A DNA stretch of 64,000 nt from a virus. The notes under the pieces are model-generated. The model did no database searches. It saw nothing but the letters and a program-made list of their open reading frames with translations, and was not told where the DNA came from. The DNA lies in the IMG/VR virus record IMGVR_UViG_3300044970_001982, positions 32,001 to 96,000 of that record; one strand, 5' to 3'. The translations under genes were made by a program, and so were the position numbers. How positions within the stretch are numbered: the first letter of the stretch is position 1; the number at the start of each line of letters is the position of its first letter. Positions 46,481 to 56,881 of this stretch are shown piece by piece.

Positions 46481-49400
46481 TATCTAACACCTGCGCTTAT
46501 ATCAATTTGCTGAGAACCAAAAGGATTCATTACTGGAGTAACTGTTCCTGTTACGCCCATCCCATTCATTAGCGACCTTAACTGATAGGCTATGTCAGCC
46601 CCAGAATTGGATTGTCCAAATTTTGGATAACTTGGGTTTGTAAGATTTGCTTCTTGTATCTGTTGTGGATAGTAACCCATTTGCGACATTTGTAGACCCA
46701 TTGATTGACCCATCTTAATTTTTACTTGATCCATATTGGTATTTGGGTGCCAACCCTCCCAATGTTCAGCAGGTAGTTCGTGTCTGCTAAAGTAATCCAC
46801 TAAGTCTGGTCTACGTTCTACATTCATTCCCCAAGCAGCCTGATATATTCTTCTTTCTAGTCTCCCGGCTGTAGAAAGTATTTGTTGACGTTCTTCAACC
46901 GGAGCATTTATCATCGCTTTAAAGTGTTCTCTTTTTCTTTTTGGAATAGCTAAAGATAAACTTTCTATATCAGTTCCATATTTACCGGAATTAATATCTT
47001 CTATAGGAGCTCCATACATTGTTCTTTTTGCTGCAGATCTAAATTGGAAAGCTGCGCCTCTGTCGCCAGAAGCCTCTGCCATATTTGCCAACCTAGTATT
47101 CTTTACATATGTTAATATGTCTGCATACTCTTCTAGTGCTAGTTCCTTTTTTCTAGTTTCTGGAATAAATTTTTCTCCAGTTATTGCTTCTTTAGCTTGA
47201 TTAAAAGAAGAAACAACTAAACCTGTAATTGCTCCTACTGCAGATGAGATTAACTTTCCTTTTGCAGTTTTGCCAAAAAATGTTCCCGTAACTGCTAAAG
47301 CAGAGGCTGCTGCTAATGGATTTCTATTTGCAGCTTTGTTGATCATTGGTTCTATGAAGCTTTCTACTGGCCTTTGCCATTCTGGGAAAGTTGCCCCATA
47401 AACATTGTTTCTTTCCCAATCCTCAACAGCAGTAGTTTTGTTTAAAAATTTTCTATTTATAAAAGTATCTCTGTGAGCTATATATTCGGCTGCTCTTCCA
47501 AGCGCATATGGCAGTGGATGAGACCCTGCCTCTTGGGCTGATTGATATCTATATTTATAATCTGTAAATTGACGTTTCTGCTGTGCTGCCAATGTTCTTT
47601 CCCTAAGATCTTGAACATATATACGATCAGCAGGGTCATTAACCATCGTGTCAATTTTTTTATCTAAAGCTCTATACTGCCTAGAGTAAGGAGCAACATC
47701 TCCTAATATTTTATATTGATCCAATAGCCCGTATCTACCAGTTTCATCAGACCTAAGTCTATTTAATCTTTCGTACGCAACTCCGGGTAGTCTTAGTTCG
47801 CCTTCTTGAACTTTGGCAAATGGGTCACCGGTCGTAAAGTCTGTAAAATACTCAGGTCCTGGCAAGAATGGATATTGTTGTCCCATAAGATTTCTTATTG
47901 GATTAATGTAATTAACGTCTGTTCTTTCTTTCGGTATGAATCTTCTTGTTACTTCAGAAAATTCTAAAGACCCTACTTGAGAACCAGACATAAGTGGGAT
48001 ATCTCCCAATCCACCAAGATTAAGATCCCAAAATTGACGACTTGTACCATAAGCTTTAGATGCTGCCTGCAAAACAGATCTTTGTGGAGCAAAATCTGAT
48101 TGTCCATATCCAAAATTTTCACGCAAAGTACCTATTCCGAAACCATAAATACCTAGCATTTCTTGAGTTCTATAGCCTAGCTCCTGTGACTGAACCTGAA
48201 CATTTCCAACACTTAGAGGAGCTCCTGCTGGTATTATTCTTTGTGGCATTACGCCAGATACCTTGCTTGGACCATAGGCCATCTGCAAATATTGGTTATT
48301 AATACTTGATATTGTATTTCTTGTATCTGCTTGAGCCGTATTTAAGGCCCCAGCTCGTCCTGCTAACATTGCATTTGTAGATGCTTGCATTCCGCCAGCT
48401 CCACTAGATGATACTCCTCCGACTGGGATTGGCATTCCTGATCCAAGTGGTCCTCCTGGAACTGATCCCTGAGTCATTCCACCAGATATATAGGCTGCTG
48501 CATTATATGCTCCGGACTGGCCAGCTGGAGCATAATTAGCTAATCCGGCTGCTAACTCTCTTTCGTGCATTAGGGTTTCTGGTTTTAGAATTCTTCCAAC
48601 TGTTGCATTTAGGGCCGGGACTAGAGGTCCAAATGGACCACTAAAGTATTCTCCAGTTACAGGGTATGGTCTATCGACAAAGTGTTTTCTTTCAAATCTA
48701 TAAGGATCAAATGGTCTAAGTGGAGATATGTCAGTATAAAATAAAGCTTTTTCTATTGGGCTTCCATATGTATCTGAGGTAAACATTGCCCCAGCTTCTA
48801 TCTTTCTATAGATGCTCGGACGATAATACATAATCTTTCCGCCCATAAATGGCGTATTACCCAATGGCCAGAAACGTCCTTGGCGAATAGCTACTTCACC
48901 TTCAAATAATTGTTCTTTTTTCTCTTGAAAATTCATTCCACCAGGAGTTATTCCAGCCCCAAGTGCATGTAGATTTCCGGCTACTTTAGCTGCACCACCG
49001 ATAAAGAATGGAGAGTATACTCTTTCTCCCCTTTCATCTTTTTCATTAACCATTCCGCCAATAGTTCTATCTACTGTCATTATTCCTGTTCCGGCGGCGT
49101 ATATTGGAAGAACTCTTTTTCCAACCATGCCAGAAGCAAATAGACTTAATGGAGATGAGTATTTATTTACATCAAGCTGCAGTCCAAGTGTACCAAAATA
49201 TTTATTTAATCTTTCCACTCCATGAGAGATAGCTGCTGATGCACTTGAATAACCTTGGGTATTATTAAATGTGTTTATGCCTAGAACACTCTTTATTGCT
49301 GCAAAAGGGTCTCTACCAAAAACAGTGCCAAACGTAGGCGTTAATAACACGTCTGCGCCGGGTCCTCTTGTAGAGCCTAAGGCATCTGAAGCAAAGTCTG

Positions 49401-52400
49401 ACATTGAATATGGCGCTGTGCTGAGCTTTGGATATAAGAATTGCTTGAATAAGCCAGACTTTCCAATTTCACCTATTCTAGCTGTCGTTCCTTTGACGTA
49501 TGGATCCAAAAGTTTTTCGACACCAGATACACCCTTTTCTGCGTTACCTCTTATTATAGAAGCTGCTTCTCTTACAGAGCCTCTTTGTACTGCCAGGTTA
49601 CTAAGGTTGCTTCTATTGGCCCTGAATGAACTTAGGTTTAGCAAGGTAGAAAAGGCCGCAGCTTGTGCTTCCGCTAATTGACCAGCTGGTAATTGTCCGG
49701 CCATTTCTGATATTGCCTGGTTAATCTGTATAAATGCATTTCCATAAGATCTACCAGTTGCACCTGCCGCCCCTTGTGCAAGTAGTTCATCTCTTTGTAT
49801 TAAGTATCTAAATATCTCATTTTTTAACTGATCTTCTCTAGTTAAAATAGTCGGGCTTTTTGCTCTAATATGCGAACCAGACATCAAGTCTGCTTCTTCT
49901 AGCATCTTTCTGATTCTACTACCCATCATGTAGAAGGTGTCGGTATCAAAGCCTCTACTTCTTAATTGTGCTGCGTCGTCTGTAGATCTAGCCAGAATTC
50001 TTTGAGCAAACGCTATGGTATCTTGAACATTATTTAATTCTGAAGTTCTTTGACCATAAAATGTGCCTACTCCACGATCCTCTATTGACTTCATTACTTT
50101 TCTCGGCATTGCTGTGCCAAAAGTGGACTTTCTAAATCTTTCAAAAGCCCTTAAAAATTCTCCCTCAGAAATCATTTCTGCGCCAGAATCATCAACTATT
50201 CTTACAGCGCTACTTGCTTCAGCTCCAACATCTAATTTGTAGTTTTTTCCTTTTACGTTTACTGTTTCGCCTTTTAGTATTCTTGCAAAAAAAGCTGGAT
50301 TGTCTACATCTGTTTTTCTTTGGGCAAATCTTTTTAATAGACCTGGTAGTGAATTTGGTTGCTCAAAGTCAATGTCAAATTTTTCTCTAAACTGTAATTC
50401 TTTTTGTGGAGAAACTCTTAGAGCCTTAAATAACTTAGATCTATTTATGGGGTTTCCATTTTCGTCTAATTTAAGAGCGTTTAATTGATTTAGAGATTTC
50501 ACATCTCTTTCTGAGGCTGCATTTCTAGCTTGCCTTGAGAGCATTTCTGAACTAGTTCTTGATAAAGGTCTATAGAATCCTTCTAATTGCCTGGATTGAT
50601 ATTGTCCAGTCATAGCCTCTCTATTAAAGGCCATAACCTGTCCCTTAGTTCTTCCTCCACTAAAGAATAAGTAGAAATCAGCTGCTTGATCAGTTTCACT
50701 TAAAAATGGTTGAGCCACTTTTCCTTGAACAATTTGAAATGGTGCTCGACCAGCCATTTCATCAAAAGAACCTTTGCCCAACATTTGCGCTGGGTTAAAG
50801 TTAAGAATAGGAATTTTCAAATCTCTTGCAAAGAAATTTCCTACATTACTTATGGATTGTCTTATTCCAGAAAAGTCTAATACATTTCCGGACCTAGTAA
50901 CATAGGTGTCTCTTAATACTGAAACGCTAGCAGAAGTTGTTGTTGGATCTTGAAGTGCTACTCTTTTTCCAATATCTCTAATTATATTTTGACTATCGTC
51001 TGTTAAATTGGAGAATATTCCTTTTTCAAATCCCTCGTCTAATGTCATTGGCCTAAGGCCAAGGATGTTATACCCTCCAGCAAATATGCCTGAGCTTATT
51101 TGTTTTTCTCTAACTAGAAATGACCTCATCTGAAGTAAGTTGGAGGTATCTATTCCTAGACCGGCTAATCGATTTGATAAAACTGCCTCTGAAACGTCTC
51201 TACCATCAGAATGTTTTAGCTGAACACCCATTCTTTGAGCTGATCTTTTTATTAAGAAGTCTCTTTTAGCGCTGGTTAAATTATTTAAATCGCTAAAATC
51301 TTCAAAAGATGCTTTTTTAGTTTTTAGTATCTTTGATGCAACTGCGGGAAAACCCTGATCTGACACAGCTGACCAAGCTTTTTCGGCCCTTCTTCTCAAT
51401 TGGGCTTGAAATTCTCTACCTTCAAAAACTCTGGTAGCGTCATCAATGGATGATCTTAGGGCATCAGTAGTTAAGAATCCTCCTGGAATATTTGTGTTTG
51501 CAGTACCAGAGAATCTTGTTAATATTTCTTCAAAAGCTTCATCGCCTTCTTTCAATATTTTTGTTTTGCCAATAGTAATTTTTCTACTGACTTCAGTTAC
51601 GCCTCTTTCAACGTGAATCTGATTAACAAAATTATTGGTTAGCTTTTCAAAAGCTTCATCATTTGTTCTTCCTGCATTTTTTAATATTGCTCTTTGCAAT
51701 ACTTCTTTGTAGGCAGATTGTTCTTGCCCTCTAAAAAATTCAGAAGTATAAAAAGATCCAGATCCTACTCCACCACCACCAGTGGACTCTATCTTTTGTG
51801 CCAATCTGGACATTCTATTTCCATATCCAGATTGAATTCTTTTGATAACTGAAGTTAAATCACTAGCGTCTGATATTATTCCCCTGGATGCACCAGAACG
51901 AACCATGGTATCAAATTCAACAGATCTGTTAATTACATCGTAGCCTGCACCGACTTTTCTAAATTCATTTATACCCTGACGAACAGAAGATCCTAGACCC
52001 CTTAGTCCGGGAAGTAGATCTATATATCCAAAGCTCCCATCTGCTCCATCACCAAATGCTAATCTTCTACCAAATGTAGCTGCTCTTTTTAAGGTGTTTT
52101 GTCCTGATGAGGCGGCCCATGCCTCTCTAGCTCTAGTATTTCTTGCTGCTGATAATATAGCAGGTAAGTTTGGCCTGTCTGCGTAGTATTGCTTAGTAGC
52201 TGCCTGTATGCCACCAGAGGTTTGTGCAGATATTTTTAAAGCTTGATTAGCTATCTTACTAAGATCGTGTCCAACTTCAGATAAAACATCGCTTAAATCT
52301 ACAAACTTTTGTGCTGCTCGTGTCTTAAATGTATTTACACCCATTGACCTGGTAACATCACCCATTGACTGCCTGAAGGTCATTATAGAGTGACGAGCAT

Positions 52401-53142
52401 TACCAGCAGCTGCGCCGGCTGCCTCAAATGGCAGCATCATTGTTACTAGGGCGGTGCTTGATTCTTTAACAAAGTCTGTAACTACGTCTACTGGATTATA
52501 CCAATTAACCTTAGCCTTATCTTCACGACCACCAAATATTGGGTCTACTAATGCTTTTTGTCCGACATAAAGTGCTGGCAATTCATAGGGAAGCCTTCTG
52601 GCAGATTTGACCATTCTAGCTTGAAATGAATCTCTTGCAGACCATATGGCAGCTGGTTCATATTCTGTACCTTTACCTGCCTGAGCTAATTCATTTTTTG
52701 TAAAATACTGATTGTTTTTTATTGTTCCAGTTGTTAATTTTCCGCCACGCTCAAAAACAAGTTGACTATACGGATCCAACTGATTTGGATCAACGCCATC
52801 AATACTTCTTGATACACCTTCTAGTGCATCTAACTCTCTTCGGAATTCAGTTAAGCTACGAAGAGCTCTTGAAGAAAGTCCATCAGGTTTTACTGATGCC
52901 TGGTCTTGTAAAGTCTTTGCAAGTCTTAAACCACCCTGTTTGGTGACTTTACTGAGCACAAACATGCTACCCATTGTGGCAGCAGCGGTTCCCAGGAATC
53001 TCAGGACTGGGTGGTTATTTAAAGCTCTACTGACAAATGTAGAATTGGGAGCGTCTCCACGCTCTTCATCCTGAGTATTAGGAATATCCCTTGAGGTTAC
53101 ACTGTAGCCTAAATTTTTAATTGGGCCAGGATCTCTTATCAA
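46480..53142 (-). CDS. Tail tape measure protein
   Basis: 2220 aa, Ala/Gly-rich and helical with hydrophobic segments; lies immediately after the tube and chaperone genes; TTG start. Confidence 0.8.
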   Translation of the reverse strand: MIRDPGPIKNLGYSVTSRDIPNTQDEERGDAPNSTFVSRALNNHPVLRFLGTAAATMGSMFVLSKVTKQGGLRLAKTLQDQASVKPDGLSSRALRSLTEFRRELDALEGVSRSIDGVDPNQLDPYSQLVFERGGKLTTGTIKNNQYFTKNELAQAGKGTEYEPAAIWSARDSFQARMVKSARRLPYELPALYVGQKALVDPIFGGREDKAKVNWYNPVDVVTDFVKESSTALVTMMLPFEAAGAAAGNARHSIMTFRQSMGDVTRSMGVNTFKTRAAQKFVDLSDVLSEVGHDLSKIANQALKISAQTSGGIQAATKQYYADRPNLPAILSAARNTRAREAWAASSGQNTLKRAATFGRRLAFGDGADGSFGYIDLLPGLRGLGSSVRQGINEFRKVGAGYDVINRSVEFDTMVRSGASRGIISDASDLTSVIKRIQSGYGNRMSRLAQKIESTGGGGVGSGSFYTSEFFRGQEQSAYKEVLQRAILKNAGRTNDEAFEKLTNNFVNQIHVERGVTEVSRKITIGKTKILKEGDEAFEEILTRFSGTANTNIPGGFLTTDALRSSIDDATRVFEGREFQAQLRRRAEKAWSAVSDQGFPAVASKILKTKKASFEDFSDLNNLTSAKRDFLIKRSAQRMGVQLKHSDGRDVSEAVLSNRLAGLGIDTSNLLQMRSFLVREKQISSGIFAGGYNILGLRPMTLDEGFEKGIFSNLTDDSQNIIRDIGKRVALQDPTTTSASVSVLRDTYVTRSGNVLDFSGIRQSISNVGNFFARDLKIPILNFNPAQMLGKGSFDEMAGRAPFQIVQGKVAQPFLSETDQAADFYLFFSGGRTKGQVMAFNREAMTGQYQSRQLEGFYRPLSRTSSEMLSRQARNAASERDVKSLNQLNALKLDENGNPINRSKLFKALRVSPQKELQFREKFDIDFEQPNSLPGLLKRFAQRKTDVDNPAFFARILKGETVNVKGKNYKLDVGAEASSAVRIVDDSGAEMISEGEFLRAFERFRKSTFGTAMPRKVMKSIEDRGVGTFYGQRTSELNNVQDTIAFAQRILARSTDDAAQLRSRGFDTDTFYMMGSRIRKMLEEADLMSGSHIRAKSPTILTREDQLKNEIFRYLIQRDELLAQGAAGATGRSYGNAFIQINQAISEMAGQLPAGQLAEAQAAAFSTLLNLSSFRANRSNLSNLAVQRGSVREAASIIRGNAEKGVSGVEKLLDPYVKGTTARIGEIGKSGLFKQFLYPKLSTAPYSMSDFASDALGSTRGPGADVLLTPTFGTVFGRDPFAAIKSVLGINTFNNTQGYSSASAAISHGVERLNKYFGTLGLQLDVNKYSSPLSLFASGMVGKRVLPIYAAGTGIMTVDRTIGGMVNEKDERGERVYSPFFIGGAAKVAGNLHALGAGITPGGMNFQEKKEQLFEGEVAIRQGRFWPLGNTPFMGGKIMYYRPSIYRKIEAGAMFTSDTYGSPIEKALFYTDISPLRPFDPYRFERKHFVDRPYPVTGEYFSGPFGPLVPALNATVGRILKPETLMHERELAAGLANYAPAGQSGAYNAAAYISGGMTQGSVPGGPLGSGMPIPVGGVSSSGAGGMQASTNAMLAGRAGALNTAQADTRNTISSINNQYLQMAYGPSKVSGVMPQRIIPAGAPLSVGNVQVQSQELGYRTQEMLGIYGFGIGTLRENFGYGQSDFAPQRSVLQAASKAYGTSRQFWDLNLGGLGDIPLMSGSQVGSLEFSEVTRRFIPKERTDVNYINPIRNLMGQQYPFLPGPEYFTDFTTGDPFAKVQEGELRLPGVAYERLNRLRSDETGRYGLLDQYKILGDVAPYSRQYRALDKKIDTMVNDPADRIYVQDLRERTLAAQQKRQFTDYKYRYQSAQEAGSHPLPYALGRAAEYIAHRDTFINRKFLNKTTAVEDWERNNVYGATFPEWQRPVESFIEPMINKAANRNPLAAASALAVTGTFFGKTAKGKLISSAVGAITGLVVSSFNQAKEAITGEKFIPETRKKELALEEYADILTYVKNTRLANMAEASGDRGAAFQFRSAAKRTMYGAPIEDINSGKYGTDIESLSLAIPKRKREHFKAMINAPVEERQQILSTAGRLERRIYQAAWGMNVERRPDLVDYFSRHELPAEHWEGWHPNTNMDQVKIKMGQSMGLQMSQMGYYPQQIQEANLTNPSYPKFGQSNSGADIAYQLRSLMNGMGVTGTVTPVMNPFGSQQIDISAGVR

Positions 53143-53155
53143 GGTTTTGTCCTAT

Positions 53156-53785
53156 CTAACCTACACCCCACAACTTACGAGCAATGGGGTCTTCATATTT
53201 TGCTTCTCCATCTTTAATGGACATATTGTGGCGAGCTGCTCTAATCTTCTCTTTTTCTTCTTCTTCTTCAGGATCTATTAATTGCAAAGTAAGATTTGTT
53301 GGCTCTATACCATTTATTCCTTGTTTAATTTCTATGATTTTTTCTGCTAGTGCAACTTTTTCAGCTAATTCAGAAAATGTCATTTCATCTAAATTTTCAG
53401 GAGTATATGTACTTATAGTAGCGAGAACAAAGGCTTTCATTAAATTTTTAACTTCTGTTGCTTCAAATCTTTTTGATTCTAAAGTAGCCTTCGCTACTTT
53501 TACGCTAAAGAATCCAGATATATCTAATATCTCTTGAGCTAAAGAAGATACTGCTCCTGGAGGAATTCTCATTGTATCAAATTGCTCTGGGTATATTATG
53601 GCAAAAGATAATATTAGATCTTCCATATCAGCTGATGAAAAATCTTCTAATTCTTGCAAATAAAGAATTTTATTATATTCTTTAAATGTCAACTCTCTAA
53701 ATATAAGAGTCTGCCCTTTGATATCAACGCTATAGATATTTCCATATTTGTTTTTTAAAGCAAAAACTAAATCTGAATCTATCAT
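53156..53785 (-). CDS. Tail assembly chaperone 2 (paralogue of upstream gene with C-terminal extension)
   Basis: LKNKYGNIY...FRELTFKEY...YP...SLAQEILDISGF aligns with the upstream ORF; directly before the tape measure gene. Confidence 0.75.
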   Translation of the reverse strand: MIDSDLVFALKNKYGNIYSVDIKGQTLIFRELTFKEYNKILYLQELEDFSSADMEDLILSFAIIYPEQFDTMRIPPGAVSSLAQEILDISGFFSVKVAKATLESKRFEATEVKNLMKAFVLATISTYTPENLDEMTFSELAEKVALAEKIIEIKQGINGIEPTNLTLQLIDPEEEEEKEKIRAARHNMSIKDGEAKYEDPIARKLWGVG

Positions 53786-53788
53786 TTC

Positions 53789-54331
53789 TTATAACTGTCT
53801 TACCTCTAAAGCCACGAATCCAGAAGCCTCTAAAACCTCTTGGGCGATTAGCGATGGCAATCCTGCCATAAATCCAGTGGAGTTATTCTTATCAAATTTT
53901 GGATACAACATGCATAGCTCTGCAATTGTCTCTTCATTCCAGAGATTTGCCTCAGCAGTTGAAAGCTGTCCAGCCTGAACTAACTGTTCCATCTTTTTGA
54001 CAATTTGCTTATACTCTGCTCTATTTAATACTCTCCATACAACATGCTTATCATATGTAATAGAGGTTACATATATGTCGCCATATTGCTTTTTCCAGTC
54101 TTTGACCAGGCCAGCCTTTGGTCCATTTTCCCAGATTTCTTCATCATCGGGAACGTCTTCAATGTCTTTATAATCTGCTTCATCGTCAGAATCCATTGAC
54201 TCTTCAACGAAAGAGATATCGTCATTCAAGTTACTAACGTCCTCTAAAGATAGGTCAATTGTTGCTGTTTTAGAATCTTCATTTGATTCAATGTCTATAT
54301 TCGAAACTACAACTTTTCTTTTATTATCCAT
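53789..54331 (-). CDS. Tail assembly chaperone 1
   Basis: WKKQYGDIY...WRVLNRAEY...YP...LIAQEVLEASGF; acidic N-terminus; AAGGAG RBS; position between tube and tape measure genes. Confidence 0.75.
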   Translation of the reverse strand: MDNKRKVVVSNIDIESNEDSKTATIDLSLEDVSNLNDDISFVEESMDSDDEADYKDIEDVPDDEEIWENGPKAGLVKDWKKQYGDIYVTSITYDKHVVWRVLNRAEYKQIVKKMEQLVQAGQLSTAEANLWNEETIAELCMLYPKFDKNNSTGFMAGLPSLIAQEVLEASGFVALEVRQL

Positions 54332-54360
54332 AACATGTTCTCCTTTGTCAGAACTAAATT

Positions 54361-54389
54361 ATTATATCACATTACATTTTTCTATACAA
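54361..54389 (-). promoter_or_regulatory. Sigma70/SigA-type promoter TTGTAT-N17-TATAAT with extended TG
   Basis: Minus strand TTGTAT (54389-54384), 17-nt spacer ending TGA, TATAAT (54366-54361), in the gap before chaperone 1. Confidence 0.65.
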
Positions 54390-55361
54390 CTAGAAACTTA
54401 AATTTTGACCATTCTGCTGCTGAAAATCTTGCCAATTGCTTGTTGAGCTAACTGGAACCTGCGACTGAGTCTGCCTTGCAGAATTGGGGGTATTTGATGC
54501 TACAAATGTAGTACTTGTCTTTATTAAGTCATCAGGAACTTCAGAGAAATAATGATCTCTTGCTATAAACTGATATGTTTCAGCTAAAGCCTGACCACCT
54601 GGGGTATAAACCATAGACATATTCATTAAGTTAACTTCTTGAATAATAATTTTCATGGGGGTTGTTAAATTACTTGATTTAACGGTTCTTTGATTATAAT
54701 CTGAAATCATCATTTGATCTGTTAGATCTGTCCTTTTTTCATCCTGATTTTGAAATGCGTTTGTAGGTGTAAGGGCAATTTCTTCTAATCCATAGACTAT
54801 AACAAAATTAAATGGTGGGTGGGCGCTAAAGATGTTTCTATTTGAATTTTGAACATTCTTAGCAAAGGGGTCCTGACTGACTCTATCTAGTTGACTACGC
54901 GCCCAGTATTTATCCATCAATCTTTCGTCTTCTTCGTTTTCAAATGTAGAGCGTAAGTTTGATGCTATTTTATTTGGAGAATTTTTATCTTTGGCAGCAG
55001 CTACTCTCATTTGTGCTGCAATTTCTAGAAGTTCTGTCATTCTTCTGGGATATCTTGTGAAGATAGTTATTTCTCCATTTATAATTCTTGAACCATACAT
55101 CATGGCGTCATAATTGTATGACCAAAATCCATATAAAGGCTGCTTTTCTTGTCTGACATTAAAGCCAAATGTTGCGATGTCTAATTCGTATTCTGGAGCA
55201 AATAGTCCATCAATATAGACTCGAATATCTTCGCCACTAAAATAATAGTCGTAATAATTAGTAAACCTTAGGTCATTCTTTGCTCCACCACCCCATACCA
55301 AATCTAGCTTTTCATGAAGTGGGTCAAACTCTCTTATTCCATCATTATTTCTTATCGTCAT
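54390..55361 (-). CDS. Tail tube paralogue (tube-initiator-like)
   Basis: YFSGEDIRVYI, VRQEKQPLYGF, GSRIINGEI, PPFNFVIVYG, ETYQFIARD parallel the major tube motifs. Confidence 0.75.
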   Translation of the reverse strand: MTIRNNDGIREFDPLHEKLDLVWGGGAKNDLRFTNYYDYYFSGEDIRVYIDGLFAPEYELDIATFGFNVRQEKQPLYGFWSYNYDAMMYGSRIINGEITIFTRYPRRMTELLEIAAQMRVAAAKDKNSPNKIASNLRSTFENEEDERLMDKYWARSQLDRVSQDPFAKNVQNSNRNIFSAHPPFNFVIVYGLEEIALTPTNAFQNQDEKRTDLTDQMMISDYNQRTVKSSNLTTPMKIIIQEVNLMNMSMVYTPGGQALAETYQFIARDHYFSEVPDDLIKTSTTFVASNTPNSARQTQSQVPVSSTSNWQDFQQQNGQNLSF

Positions 55362-56119
55362 ATTGGCTTAACTTCTTTAGTCTTAGTCACCTTGTTATAC
55401 TTTTGATTATAGTATTCGGCCTCATTTAACTGAGCTAATTCATCTATAATTAAATCGCCAAACACATTGGTGCTTATTTGATCTCGGGCTTTCATTTCAT
55501 CAGTATAAGAATCATCCCTAGAAACAAGAGCATCATCTGGCATCTTGATGAGTGGCTGTATTCCTCTTGCCATATATGTATATGTTTGCTCTGTAATCAA
55601 GTCATCAATAGATAGAGTTTGACCTTCATCTACTATAGTAACTCCATACAGTTTCATTTTTGCACCTAATCCATACTCATTAAAAAATGTAATGACTATA
55701 TCAAAGGGTGGCAACATATCTGCAAGAGGAGCAAAGAATCCCTTTTTTCTTGATAGATATTCTTTGAACTGCTTTATTCTATAGAACGCATATTCATTAA
55801 ACACTGTGAATATTAGGCTGCCGGCGATTGTTCTTCCACCTTTTACGAAACCTTTTACGTTTACATGTCCAAGAGTTCTTATTGGCGAGTTTTCTCTATG
55901 TATAGAGTATGATATTGTCTGCAATTCACCTAAGGTAATTACATCTCCAGATCCATCTATGTTTCCATCTTTGCCAATTACTGGAATAATGATTGTTGCG
56001 ACTGCGTCAGCCCCAGAAAATGACATTGTTGATAAAAATTTATCTGGATCAAATAAATCATTTTTTTGATTTTCTATTTTTTTATTTTCGCTTAAACTGA
56101 ATATTTTTGGACCTACCAT
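55358..56119 (-). CDS. Tail tube paralogue (tube-initiator-like)
   Basis: FSGADAVATI, GGRTIAGSLIFTVF, LPPFDIVITFFNEYG, DDLITEQTYTYMAR closely match the 220-aa tube. Confidence 0.8.
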   Translation of the reverse strand: MVGPKIFSLSENKKIENQKNDLFDPDKFLSTMSFSGADAVATIIIPVIGKDGNIDGSGDVITLGELQTISYSIHRENSPIRTLGHVNVKGFVKGGRTIAGSLIFTVFNEYAFYRIKQFKEYLSRKKGFFAPLADMLPPFDIVITFFNEYGLGAKMKLYGVTIVDEGQTLSIDDLITEQTYTYMARGIQPLIKMPDDALVSRDDSYTDEMKARDQISTNVFGDLIIDELAQLNEAEYYNQKYNKVTKTKEVKPI

Positions 56120-56136
56120 ATTATTCTCCTATAACT

Positions 56137-56171
56137 AAAAAGGTGCACGGAATATACATCCATGCACCTTT
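56137..56171 (-). terminator. Intrinsic terminator after the major tail tube gene
   Basis: Minus strand AAAGGTGCATGGA-tgtatat-TCCGTGCACCTTTTT: long stem plus U-tract. Confidence 0.85.
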
Positions 56172-56191
56172 GTTAGAGAGTGATAAAACTA

Positions 56192-56854
56192 TCAGGGTCT
56201 GATAATTGTAGTATTAAGACCTTCTGGTGTTATTCCTACAAGATTAGTGGGATCAACCATGCTATCGTTTCTGATGGTATACATAGGCCCTAATTCGCGA
56301 GCTACATATGTCATTGTTTCTTCGATAACGATGTCATCCATCGATGCACCTGAACCTTCATTAAGAAGTTCTACACCATAGATTGATCTTACTGCTGCTT
56401 GACCATACTCATTGGCAAAGGTTACTGTAATATCGAATGGGGGAATTTGGTCAGCGTAGAAAGGAACTTTTCTTACCACACCAGTCTTCTGCTCATTAAC
56501 ATCTACAATACCTCTCTTGTGACCGGGATCACCAGGAAGTGTGTTACTGGTTCTTGTATAGAAGTCCATTGGTCTTTCATTGGTATAGTTCTGTTCCAAC
56601 ATCTTGTATAGTGCTGGACGATCAAAAACTGTAAATATTAGTGATCCAGCAATACCTCTTTTTCCTCTTGAGAAAGAACGAGGGTTGGGTGAACCCATTG
56701 TGTAGATGGGTGCCTTTTCTCTTGTTACTGAGAAAGTAATTCCAGAAAGTGCACCTATTTCAACTCCACCAAATGTAGCTACAATATCTGCTCCAGAGAA
56801 TGTAGTATAGGTGTTGAGATATTTATTTACTGATGTGTATTCTTCGGCTGCCAT
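56192..56854 (-). CDS. Major tail tube protein
   Basis: 220 aa directly after the sheath; GGAGG RBS; followed by a terminator; SRGKRGIAGSLIFTVFDR, PPFDITVTFANEYG. Confidence 0.85.
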   Translation of the reverse strand: MAAEEYTSVNKYLNTYTTFSGADIVATFGGVEIGALSGITFSVTREKAPIYTMGSPNPRSFSRGKRGIAGSLIFTVFDRPALYKMLEQNYTNERPMDFYTRTSNTLPGDPGHKRGIVDVNEQKTGVVRKVPFYADQIPPFDITVTFANEYGQAAVRSIYGVELLNEGSGASMDDIVIEETMTYVARELGPMYTIRNDSMVDPTNLVGITPEGLNTTIIRP

Positions 56855-56881
56855 TTAAGTTACCCTCCTAATCGGTAATTA

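Noticed and set aside
46470-46495. Frameshift fusion of tape measure and putative RNAP (as in a tape-fused RNAP)
   Set aside because: The RNAP frame has a TAG two codons before its GTG, there is no slippery site, and an AGGTG RBS is present. Translational coupling of separate genes explains the junction. The hub/lysin junction at 30130 has the same TAG/GTG overlap with its own RBS.
53786-53830. Programmed -1 frameshift between the chaperone genes
   Set aside because: No X XXY YYZ heptamer seen near the first stop, and the second gene has its own ATG and a full paralogous domain.
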